A DNA stretch of 64,000 nucleotides. Source: Sminthopsis crassicaudata. Lineage: Eukaryota. The notes below the pieces were generated by a model. That model saw nothing but the letters and a program-made list of their open reading frames with translations, was not told where the DNA came from and did no database searches. The DNA lies in NCBI RefSeq assembly GCF_048593235.1, contig NC_133620.1:464099261-464163260 (forward strand). The letters are read 5' to 3'. This document shows, one piece after another, positions 10,281 through 21,000 of the stretch (positions are counted from its first letter, which is position 1; the number at the start of each line of letters is the position of its first letter). Position numbers and translations under genes: made by a program.

Positions 10281-12439
10281 AAAGTATTCTCCAGCACCGA
10301 CTGTACTGCTCACTAGTTGGCTCTGCAAGTGGTTGACGCTGTGCCCACGGCTGGAGAACTGTCACAAAACCCGGGCCCCACTAAAATGCAGAAGGGAAGG
10401 GGAGCGGGGGATGGGACAGGCAAGTATTAGGCACCAAAAGCACCTCTCCGGTAAAGGCGGCTCCAGTGTCAGGCTCCACGCTGCCTGCCGAGCTACCTCT
10501 GACGCTGTGAGATGTGGTGTTTGGGTTTAAGTGGGACACAGAAGGTGTAGGGAAATGACTGCATGGACCCGAGCAGGTGAGTGCCGTCTGTTCGGTGGTG
10601 GTGGAGGAGGAGGAGGAACTCAGATAAACGGAGTTTTTAACAAAGTGTGGAGGCAAAAGAAGCAAGTTACGGGGAGTGATGAGTAGGCAGCCCGGTTTTA
10701 GACTTCACTGAGTTTGGGCATTCAGCGGGGGATGAGGGTGGCCAAAGTGATGGGTTTGGAACTTGGGAGAAAGGTCAAGAGAAAGATTTAGAAACCATCT
10801 GCTAACTGTGTGATTGAAGCCCTGCAAGTAAGATCACCAAGAGCCGGGACAGCCCCTCCTGAGGCTGGTAAGTGTGGCAGAAGGAAGGAGCATTCAGAGG
10901 GAAGTCTCCTTTGTCCTCTGGGAAGAGGAAACGGAGGCCTGTGCTGATCTTAAGCCAACCTGTTCCAGCCTGGTTTGGGGAGGGACAGATCGCAAATGCA
11001 GCTGAGTTAAGGCAGCACCGAGTATCTGTCACTGAAAAGATGGGTCAGTGAAAAATCAGCAGGGCTTCATCCGAAACAGCTGTCTGCCTGGTCAGGAGAT
11101 TAGCTCCCTTGTGGTTGCATTTCAATTCCCTGTTCAAACCTGTGTCCTTGGGCCCTTTCTTGTGGGCCAGTCTGCTCTGGCCCTTTAAATATCCCAGGCA
11201 TCTCAGACGAGACACCTCATTTTCTGCTGCGCTTTTGGCCTAACCTTTCCTGGGTGTCTTTGGATGAGTCCTTCCTGTCATGTGCCTGTCCCCCAAGGAC
11301 CAGGCAAATAAGCATCGTCTTTTCCAGTCCTGTGGAATGATAGAGATTGGGGGTAACATGGCTCAAGATGTGGGATGGCGAAGGTTAAAACTGGCAGTGG
11401 AGTCGGCTTCAGCAGCCAGGGTCACTCAGCTGACAGATGAGGTGGGACTTGAATGCCCTGCACCTCTAGAAGGGATTTCTGAGCCCAGAAGGATTGTCTT
11501 AATGCTTTAAACCTTTCTCCAGAATGGGATCATTCCTCTAATCTCTTTATACTTGAAAAACTAGGTCCATCTTGACCTAGTCTGTTTTCCCTGTCCCTTG
11601 GTGCTGCCCTCCCTCATTTACCTCAGCTCTGTCTCTTGAACTGGATTCCCCCCCTGAAACCGAGTGTGGTGCGACATCAACAGCTTCTCCTGTTAAATGC
11701 TCATTGTCAGTTGTAGCAGCAGCGGCTGGCGTTCATAGAACGTTCACCTTAAGGTTTATGAAGCACTTTCACTACAACCTGCTAGAGTGAGCAGCAGAAG
11801 TAACAGTTGTCTTATTTTACAGCTAAAGAAATAGTCAGAAGGTGAAGGGCTGGCTAAGGGAGTCACCCAAGCAACAAGTGTCAGAATCAGAGCTTGTGAG
11901 CCAGAGATTTCCTAATGTTCTTCCCAGCATTCCCCGGGACTGCTGGGGTGAGAGAGGAGTGCCCCTAAGAATGGGAGCACAGCACTTCTCTGTTTTTCTG
12001 TTCTGTCAAGCCCAGAGGCCTTTGCCAAAGTGCCATAGCCATGGACTCCCAAAGTCACCATCCAGGTGCTGTTTGTAAGTGATGTTACCTGGGCCTTTCC
12101 TATCCCTAGGATCCTAAGAGCAGCCCAGAGAGACTGAACATTCCCAAGAAGAACAGGTGTCTCCCTGCCCCCGTTAGCCTCAAATTCTACCCAATAGGGG
12201 GGAACAACTGGCTTGGGAAGAAGCCAGAAGCTAAAAGTGCATTCCCTCACAGGATCCTGGGCAGCAGCACAGTCAAATCCCCAGGCTCACTATCCTACCC
12301 ACCCCAGAACACAGATTTTGGAAGAGAGAAGCAGCAATCTTTGTATTGTCATCCTAGGTAAAATTGCAGTCATTCAACAGTTCCAAGCAGGCACCTAACT
12401 CTGGCCCAGAGACAAAAGTAGTAGACATACTGTGACCTT

Positions 12440-12910
12440 GGAGTTTCCAATCTAAGGTGTATAATACAGACATAGGGAAGCCAGTGCAGACTGGAAGCAA
12501 AAGAAATGCAGCGATGGGAGGGATGAGACAATCGGGGAGCCTGGGAAGCACCTCAAGGAAAGTGATGTTTGCACAGATCAGTGAAGGGCCCTGGCTTGGA
12601 GCACGGGATGGGGCGTCACTGGTGGGCAGAATGTTGTGAGATCAGGGAGTTGATACATTTGGCTGACGATAGTGTATGAGGGGGAGGAATGTGTGGCTGG
12701 ATGTGCCAGGCCTGGCCGTAGATGCCAACGAGGAGTCTGTATTTTATACCCAAAACAATGGGAAGGCACTGAGGTTTCTTGAGTGAAGAAGTGACAGATG
12801 TGCGCTAATTAGGGATGTCACTTTGGCAGCTGTTCAGATGGCAAAGCGGAGTGGGGAGAGAGACTGAGTCCTCAGAGACCATCCGGGAGGCCACGGTGGT
12901 GCACGCAAGA
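12440..12910. mobile_element. Decayed L2 LINE fragment
   Basis: Purine-rich text typical of L2 (gaaggcactgaggtttcttgagtgaagaagtgacagatg...gatgtcactttggcagctg...); recognised from memory of the consensus. Confidence 0.5.
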
Positions 12911-14982
12911 GTAGTGGGCAGAGGGAAGGACGAGGGCTGGGGCAGTGGGGAGCATGGTGGCAAGCACTGAAGGAGGGCACGGTGTTCTGGGGGAGCCCGC
13001 CTCCCACCTCCTCATCCCCCGGTTAGAGTTAGAGGATTTGGAGTTGGCTGAGTCAGAAAGAAGCTGGATCCCCATTTCCTTTAGAAGCTCCGCTCCTGAT
13101 TTACTGGGTGTCTTTGGCTGAATCCTCCCACTCTGTGCCCTCAGGACCAGCCAGTACTAGCTCATGCCCCACATTCTTTCCCTGGAGGTTTAAAGATTGA
13201 TGGTTCATCCCTCTAACCAGGCATCCGCATCCTTCCTACTGCAGATCAGATTTCAGCTCCTTGCTCTTATTTCCATGTCACTGACCAATAACACGTTTCA
13301 ATTCAGTTCAATGTGTTCCAGACACTGTACTCTGCTCTCCTCAAGTGTCTCAGCCTGGCATGGAGGAGACGTGCATGGACGATAAAGCCGGTGACTTCTG
13401 TCTCCTGAGAGAGAAAGGCTTCAAGTGTAGCCTGAACACCACGTTCAGAGAGATTCATTCGTGTCGGCCAGAAGATGCCGGGGTCTTCAGACACCACTAC
13501 TCTGACAAGGGTCAGAAGCCCCAGGTTGGGTCCCAGCTGCCCTTGGACAGCTCAGCCAACCTCATCCAATGGGGATAATATTGCCAACAATACTTCTTAA
13601 AGTGACAATGAAATAAAATTCTAAACCATAAAGTGTTATATAAATGTGACCTGTCATTGAAAGTGCTAATAAACTAATACGGAAAGATTGGAGAAAGAGG
13701 GGTTGGCTGATGGAGCTTAAACCCCGGGAAGATAGGTTCTGTTCTTCCTGTCTATTTCCCATGATGTATATATTTCTTATGGAGAGACAGCCTCATTTCT
13801 GTGTTTGTCCATGGTGTCTTGCATGTTTCCTGACACTTAGACACTTAATAAATACCTATTAATTAAGTAGAAGCGTACAGCTAACTTGGTGGGGAGGGCT
13901 TACTCATTCTTGTCCCCCCTATCCTCTCATCCTATTTGGATGGGTACCACTGAAGAGAGTAGAACCTAGACCTGAAAAAAAAGAAAAATCAAGCAGCTTC
14001 ACAATCTGCCTCACCCCTAACCACGAGAGGTCTAGTCAAGATTTGGCCCGTGAAATTCCTTCTGATCTCGGAGAATGACGACGTTCAGGAGCTCCAAAAC
14101 TCCTGGAATCTAGAAAAATGGAAGATGTCCAGAAGCTTCCTGTCTGGCCTAGCCAGACCAAGCAGCCACATCCTGGCCCAATATGGTGCATTCATTGCCA
14201 TCTCTCAGTCACAGTGCCTCTTTTTTTGCCCTGTGTGCAAGTGTGCCAACTCCAATATCTGAACTAATGCTTAACGTCACAGATCAACTAAGAATGGCAC
14301 CCTCTAAGGCTTTCTGGGAAGGGTCCTTGACCAGAACCCTGAATAGCTCCAGTCTCCGCAAGTCCCTCTGTTGAAGCTGCCCTGCTATCTTTTCCATCAC
14401 CAACTAGAAGGGGAGCCACACCCCCTTCCCAACCCTACTCAGTCAGGACTCCCATTTCTAGGCTGGGAGATAAGTTAAAATTTAGCCTCTTGTAAAAGCT
14501 GGGAACCTACTTGTGATCTTTCTTTTTCAGTGCCATTAGCACACCTCATTTTATGCAAGAAAAGGACTCCAAAAAGGCTGATTTTGTATTATGTTAAAGG
14601 AATAGTACTGGGGAGGGAAATGCTTGTTAAAGAAATCCATTGGTTAGAACTCCTGTAAAGCAGAGTCCTGGAAAGAAACTGGCACCTTTGGCTTTGGAAA
14701 GAGTTTTCAGATTTTCTTAAAATCTAAGTGGTCCAGGGAGCTTCATGGAACAAGGTCACATCTCTAACCGGGTCTGCAGCAGGAGCCGAAGCAGGTTGAT
14801 GACTTCGCCGTGCGATTTCTTTATGAAAAATCAGAATTAGCTGGGGCGGCCCACCTCTTAATCCTCCGAGTGCTAGGGAGCCCCTTCTGAAATGGTTTGT
14901 TCCAGTGCAAGTGGTTTGGTCTGCAATAACCAAACACTTCCTTATTATTCCTCATTATGCATGGGTACCTGCCTGCGTGTGC

Positions 14983-14998
14983 GTGTGTGTGTGTGTGT
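14983..14998. repeat. (GT)n microsatellite
   Basis: Direct reading. Confidence 0.85.
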
Positions 14999-15322
14999 CA
15001 TGTCTGCTGGCTAGCACATCCCCAGCATTCCCTTTGTTCCCAGCTTTAGAGCCATTTTCCTAGCCCAGCTTGCCTCCTGCCTGCCAGTCACCTGCTTCCC
15101 CTCCCCCTCTACTGCCCAGTCAGGGCCACATCCTGAAGCCTTTGGTTAATGAAGTTTCTCATTAACCAGCCAACTCTAATGTTCTCTCCCTTCTTCCTCG
15201 GAGGCAAGCCCACTGGGTGGCGAGCCCCGCCCCTCCCGTCACCACCATCTCCCAAGGAAACAGCAGACCAGAGTCCCTTTAGTACAATGGGATCACTGAG
15301 GGATCTACTGAGTGCCCCCCAC

Positions 15323-15350
15323 CACACATACACACACACACACACACACA
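15323..15350. repeat. (CA)n microsatellite
   Basis: Direct reading, one interruption. Confidence 0.9.
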
Positions 15351-15387
15351 GAGCCCTTCTATGATGAAGCTTTTCAAGGGCCTTCCA

Positions 15388-15401
15388 GTTGCCATGGCAA
15401 C
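15388..15401. promoter_or_regulatory. Perfect palindromic RFX X-box GTTGCCATGGCAAC
   Basis: Exact match to the established 14-bp RFX consensus; binding not demonstrated. Confidence 0.6.
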
Positions 15402-16644
15402 ACTTCTCCCTAGCAGGCCCCTCGGCCCCTCCCAAGGGCCCATCCCTGTGGTGAGAACATCCCGGCCTCCTCCCCCAACCTGCTTCCAGCCCACCAGATG
15501 GTCCTCCCAGGTCCTGGGGGGAAAGGAGGCTGACTCAGGACCCTACAGACTCAATTACCTGCCTCCAGGCTCATCCCCCAAGTCCCTAGGATGCTTGGCT
15601 TCCTAGAGAATAACCCTGCCCCGGTCTCTTAACCCCAATGGGGGAAGATCACTGGGTTTAGGGGTCAGAAGACCTGGGTTCAAACCCCAGCTCTGCCCCT
15701 TTGTACCTGAGGATCTTAAGCAATCCACTTCTTTGCAAAATAAGGGATTCTTAACTCTTGTGCCATCAGCCCCCTTGGCTGCTGGTGAAGTGCCATAATC
15801 CTTCTCAGAATGGCTTTAAAGGCATAAAATCCAGAGCATTACAAAGGAGCCAATTATGTCAAAATAAAGTTATCCAAAAATGTTTCTAATACTTCTGGGT
15901 GGGCCTGGTGGTCATGCTTATGCTCCCTATTGCTGGGGAAGCGAGGTTCCCAGCTGTAATGAGCTTTGTCGATTTGGGGATCTACTCGAAGTTCGGCCCA
16001 TGGGAATGGGGTCTAAGATGGTCTGAGGAAGGCTCAGGTCAAAACTCGGGGGCTGATGAGAGCTGGACCCTGCCTAGAAGACCCTGTCTCAAAAAAAGGG
16101 GGTGGGGAGTGATCCTCAGATTCAGTTGTATTGGCTAGTCTGAGGTCTGGACCGGGTCTCCAGGCCGGGCCTCCCGGCCTGCCTCAGGTTTTGGTGCTTG
16201 TTTAAGGAAGGACCATACCAGTAAGAGGCAGGAGGGATCCCATGAAGAGAGTGATCCTAGATTGGGAATTCAAACCCCAGCTCTGCCCCTTACCACCTGT
16301 GTGACCCTGGAAAACCCCCTCACCTCTGTCAGCCTCAGTTTCCTCATCTATAAATTAAGGGGACTGGACTAAATGGTCTCTTGGGCCTCTTCCGGCTCTA
16401 AAGCTTCAGATTCTATGCCATGTCTCTCCATGGGACCAGGGGAAAGCCCCCGTCTGCGGGCCAACCTCCATATTCCCAGCAGAGGATAGTCCGAGTGGCC
16501 AGAGATCCAGCCTGGAACAGGTGGAGGGGAAGCGGCCCCCAGGGAACAAGGCGATGAGGTCCGAGGGGCCAGCCGAGGCCCGCTGGCACATACCCCCTCT
16601 CTGTTGTGTTTCCAACTGGGCAAGCAGTGCACACAAAAAAAGAC

Positions 16645-16650
16645 TTTATT
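16645..16650 (-). terminator. Distal polyadenylation signal of VPS37D
   Basis: AATAAA on - followed by U-rich/GU-rich GTCTTTTTTTGTGTG. Confidence 0.7.
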
Positions 16651-16819
16651 GCCTGGTGGGCTTCATGGCAGAGGTAGGACTCTGGAGGGCGGGCGGGCGG
16701 GCGGGCGGGAGTTGGCGAGGCACAGAGGAAGGGGAAGGACAGTGCAAGCAGAGAAGGTGGGAATGAGCTGAGCATGCAGTGTTCAGTAGGCCGGTCTCAT
16801 CATCATCTTCACCATCACA

Positions 16820-16825
16820 TTTATT
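16820..16825 (-). terminator. Candidate proximal polyadenylation signal of VPS37D
   Basis: Second AATAAA on -, 175 nt upstream of the distal one; weaker downstream element. Confidence 0.4.
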
Positions 16826-17611
16826 GAGGGGCCTGGTGGGCAGGGCACTAGACAGAACACACAAAGACAAGGACCCTGCCCTCTGGGAGGTCCCATTCTA
16901 AAGAGACAAGACAGAAAAGGACAGAGTGTTCTCGTTGCCGGGCATTCTGGTTCGCCCGCTCTTGTTGCTGGACAGAAGCGCCCCCTCCCCCCCAATGCCA
17001 CAGTGCCCTCACCCCTTCATGCCGGGGGTGCCCAGGGCTTGGAGTGTATGGATGGGGGATGGGGGAGGGGGACGGTGTGTGGTCCCAAGGGCTACCTGGC
17101 CATCCTGGGTGAAGGCCCTCCCAGTAGCCACAAGAATGGAACCAGGGGTTGGAGGAGAGGAAGAGACCAGGTAGAAATCTGAGGACATCTCCAGCTGCCT
17201 TGGCGTCATGCCTGGCGAGAGGCCCCTTCCCAGGTTACTGGTGGATCATGGAAAATGCCCCCACCCCCACCCTGCAAGCCTAGATGTGGGAATGCTCCCT
17301 TCTTGGGGCATAGGAAAAAGCAAGCTCTGGCCAGCCCGGAAACCCTCCCCCCACCCCAGCCAGGGAGAGAGAAATAGCAGTTCCCTCAAAGCTAGGGGGC
17401 AAAATCCCCTGCTCCCCCCAGCTCTACCCACTGTCTCATCTTCCTGGAGCCCCTTTTCCTGGGCTCTGCCTCCAGGGGCAGGGACCTTGCTGGAGTCCTG
17501 GGGGAAGGGGAGCCTGCCCCTCCAACACCTCACTCCTCAAGGATGGTGGTGGTAGGAGCCTGGTGTCAAGTCTGTCTGGGGGCCCTCCTAGCGGGGGCCA
17601 CATCCTAAGCC

Positions 17612-18019
17612 CTACCGATGGGGGGGTTCGGACTGCGGGGGCCGGGGGCTCAGCGAGGAGGCCTGGCCGAGCAGGCGCAGGGGGGAACCCTGGCCTGGCG
17701 GGAGGACAGGGCGGGAGTCCAGAGGCGGGAGGTTTCGGGGGGCTGCTGGCAGGCCCCTGGCAACCCCTGAGGGCAGCAGAGCTGCTGTGGCAGGGGCCAA
17801 GGCATAGCGCAGCTGGAAGAGTTTGGTGGGTGCTGCGGCAGGAGGGGGCGAGGGGGGAGGGGGAGGGGTGGGAGGCTGGGGCCGCCCCTGCTTTAGCAGC
17901 AGTTCCTGAAGCTTCTCAGCCTGGGTCCGTCGAAGATGGGCCAGCGCCCGGCCCCTCTGGAAGGCCGGCAGGAAGGCCTCTAGACTCTGCTCTCCGAGTA
18001 GCAGCTGTTCCATCTGCTC
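17612..18019 (-). CDS. VPS37D: VPS37D exon 4, coding part
   Basis: gtgccccag acceptor; 136 codons to TAG. Confidence 0.95.
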   Translation of the reverse strand, partial: EQMEQLLLGEQSLEAFLPAFQRGRALAHLRRTQAEKLQELLLKQGRPQPPTPPPPPSPPPAAAPTKLFQLRYALAPATAALLPSGVARGLPAAPRNLPPLDSRPVLPPGQGSPLRLLGQASSLSPRPPQSEPPHR

Positions 18020-21000
18020 CTGGGGCACAAGGAAACAAGAGAAGAGCTTTGTGGTAGAGAGGAAGGAGGATGAGGAATCAAGAGACAAAAATCGAGATTG
18101 GGGACCTCAGCCCCTCAATGTGGGGGCCACCTCGTATCCTCCACCACTGTGTCCCCTCGGCACTGAGAAGAGCCTGGCTACTTGGGAGAGAGAGCACGGG
18201 GTTGGAAGGCAGTCACCATACCAGGGTACCGATCCTAACTTCTGCCATTGCCCCCACTGAGGGGCCTCTGCAGCTTGGACAAGGTGGTGTTTAGGATTCC
18301 ACAGCTAAATATTGGCTCACAAGGGCCAACTGTAAATGTAGCCACTAATAGAGAGATCTGCCATGGTCGAGGAAGGCTCCTCAGAGGAAGGAAGCTACAA
18401 GAAGGGCTTGGAAGCATTTGGATAAAAGAAAAGAGGAAGGGAAGAGAGAGACCCAGAGATGGCAGTGCAGAACAGAGCCGTCCCAATAGCCTGGTTGTTG
18501 GCAGGATGAGCAGTCATGTCTGGGGGAACAGGGAGAGAGCTTTAGAATAACTAGAGCAGTGAAGCAAATTCTCCCTCCCCTTCTCCTCTCCCCTAAGTCC
18601 CATCAAAACAACGCCCAAAAGGGCTAAACAAATTATGTGCATGAACAAAAGCAAGAGCGGCATCTAAGAAATAAAGTATTTCAGAGAAGCATGGGAAGAT
18701 TTTTCCAAAGGGATTCAGAGTGAAGTAAGTAGAATCAATAAAATAATATTATAACTATAATACAATGTCTATAATAAACTAAGCCAAAAGTCCATAAAAA
18801 TTGTGTAATTATAAGGAGCAAGCTTCACCCTGAAGAAGCATTTAGAAAAATATATCTCCCTCCTTCCTTGTAAGAGGTGGACTATGGGGGTGGAATACAA
18901 CCTTTGCTGTCATTTGTTTTCATTTTGATAAACTTCTTTCCCCTCAACATGTTTTAATCTTTAGTACAAGGGCTGGACTGGCTAACAGGGAAGGAAAAGG
19001 GAGATAATTTGGAAATGGATGTGATGTGAAAATGAAAAATAGTAGTAAAAACAAGACAAATTTTATAATCACAAGAAAAAGAAAAGCAATGCCTCCCCCT
19101 CCTCACCTCAGCCTCCTGCTCAGCTTCCTCCAGTTCTGCCCGGAGCCCGTTCAGGGCACACTGGGGGTTCCAGCGTTGCACATTCACCTCTGGGGACCAC
19201 AGGAACAAAATAAAACTAGCCCCCCTTCCTTCTCCTGGATGGAACCAAGACCCCCTAAGCCCAGGAATTTATCTTCCTGGAGTCACCTCACCCTTCCTAG
19301 TGGGAAACCAGAAGGGCCCAAAGTGCACAGAGTTCTGGGACTGAAGTGATCCAAATTTAAAACCTGTCTCAGACACTTAACTAGCTATGTGACATTTGGG
19401 CAAATCCTTTAACCTCAGTTTGCCTCAGTTTCCTTATCTGTAAAATGGGGATAATAATGACCCCTATCTTCCAGAGTTGTAAAAATCAAATGAGACAATG
19501 ATTGTTTAGCACACTACCTAGCACATAGTAAATGGTATATAAATATTAGTTATTATTTAGTGTTTCTTTCCCTTTGCAAACCCTTCTAATATGTATCAGA
19601 AGGTACCTAGTCCCTAAATTAGAGATAAGGATGGGGACTGGGGGTATGATTTAACTGGTATAAGATCCTCCAGAAAAAGAAACTCCCTCTACCTGCAGGC
19701 AGCACCTTTTTTGCACCTCAGAGTGCCTAGGGACGCCGAAAAATGAGGTAACTTATAGAGGGAAAATCATGGAGCCAGAACAGGTCAGAATTAAGACTTG
19801 AATGCAGTTTTTCCTGCTTACAAGCCCCATACAGTACAAGCCCAATACAGTACAACCCCATTTCTTGTAAGGTAAAGAAGGGGGAGCTGTTGTTCTGTGG
19901 CACGACTTGGGGATTTTGAGGGTGTCGAAGATCCAGGGCTGAGAATCTGAGTGACTTCATTCCCATAGTCCTTCACTTTGGGGATGCCTTCCCTCATCCT
20001 CCTACTCAGTCTCAGGCCAGAATGAAGGGGAGGGGGGAGGAAGAGCCAGAGGCCCAGGGCCAACCCCAAGCCAAAAAGGTAGCTCTAGGCACTCTTCCCT
20101 TATTTCTTCCCACTGTAAATATAAGATTGCCCATAAAGTCCTGCCCTTTCCTCAGGAACTCAAAGCTCTAGACTTACCTTCATCTGCTTCCCTTCAATGT
20201 TTATCTTTACAACCCCCCCCCCATATTCTGCCCAAGCTCTCAGGGCCTTGCTCCAAGCTTTCTAAAATGACACTGAGCTAATCCCTCCTTTGCTCACAGG
20301 AAGCCAGTGTGGTACCAGACCAAGCCCCCACCTTCATGGTCGAGTCCATCGATGACTTTAATGGGGCAGGAGGGGACGCTTCTGAGAGCAAACAGTGGGA
20401 AAACTTTGCAGAAGAGCAGGCTTGGGATGGCTCCTTGCACTTACCCAGCCTCTGCTGTTTGTCCCAACAGCTCTCCACCAGCTCCCGGAGCTCTTGGTAC
20501 TTAATGGCCAAAGCAGCTTTGCCCATCTCCAGCCGAGGCCGAAGGGCCAGGTTCTCCTTGGCCAAGGTGTAGTTAGAGGCCAAACAAGCCTCTCGCTCCA
20601 GCTGCAGGCCCTGGAACTAGAAAGAAAGAAGTGGTCTGTCCAACCGTCCATCCATCTGTCCAGACAGCCATCCATCTGTCCAACCATCCATCCATCTGTC
20701 CAGACAGCCAATGATCTGCCCACACATATATATGTACATTCATAATTGTCCATCTGTTTATTTATCTGTCTATCCAGTCATCTATCCCTCCACCTATCCA
20801 GCCCCTTTTTTATTAAGTACCCCTCTTCTGTGTGCCCAGCCCGTAGCCCAACATTCATCACAGAAGAGAGGAGAAGCCACAGTTCCTGCCCTGAGGAGGC
20901 TTTCCTTCCCTGGACAGAGACAAACCCAACCACCTGTATAGTGCGCTCCCGGGTGTCAGTGGACAAACGACATCCTCATTTAGCTTTGGGCATTATGCAA

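Noticed and set aside
13345-13578. ORF with EKGF...GVFRHH, superficially like a cyclophilin A pseudogene
   Set aside because: Only scattered residues match, and the surrounding DNA resembles a decayed L2 3' end.
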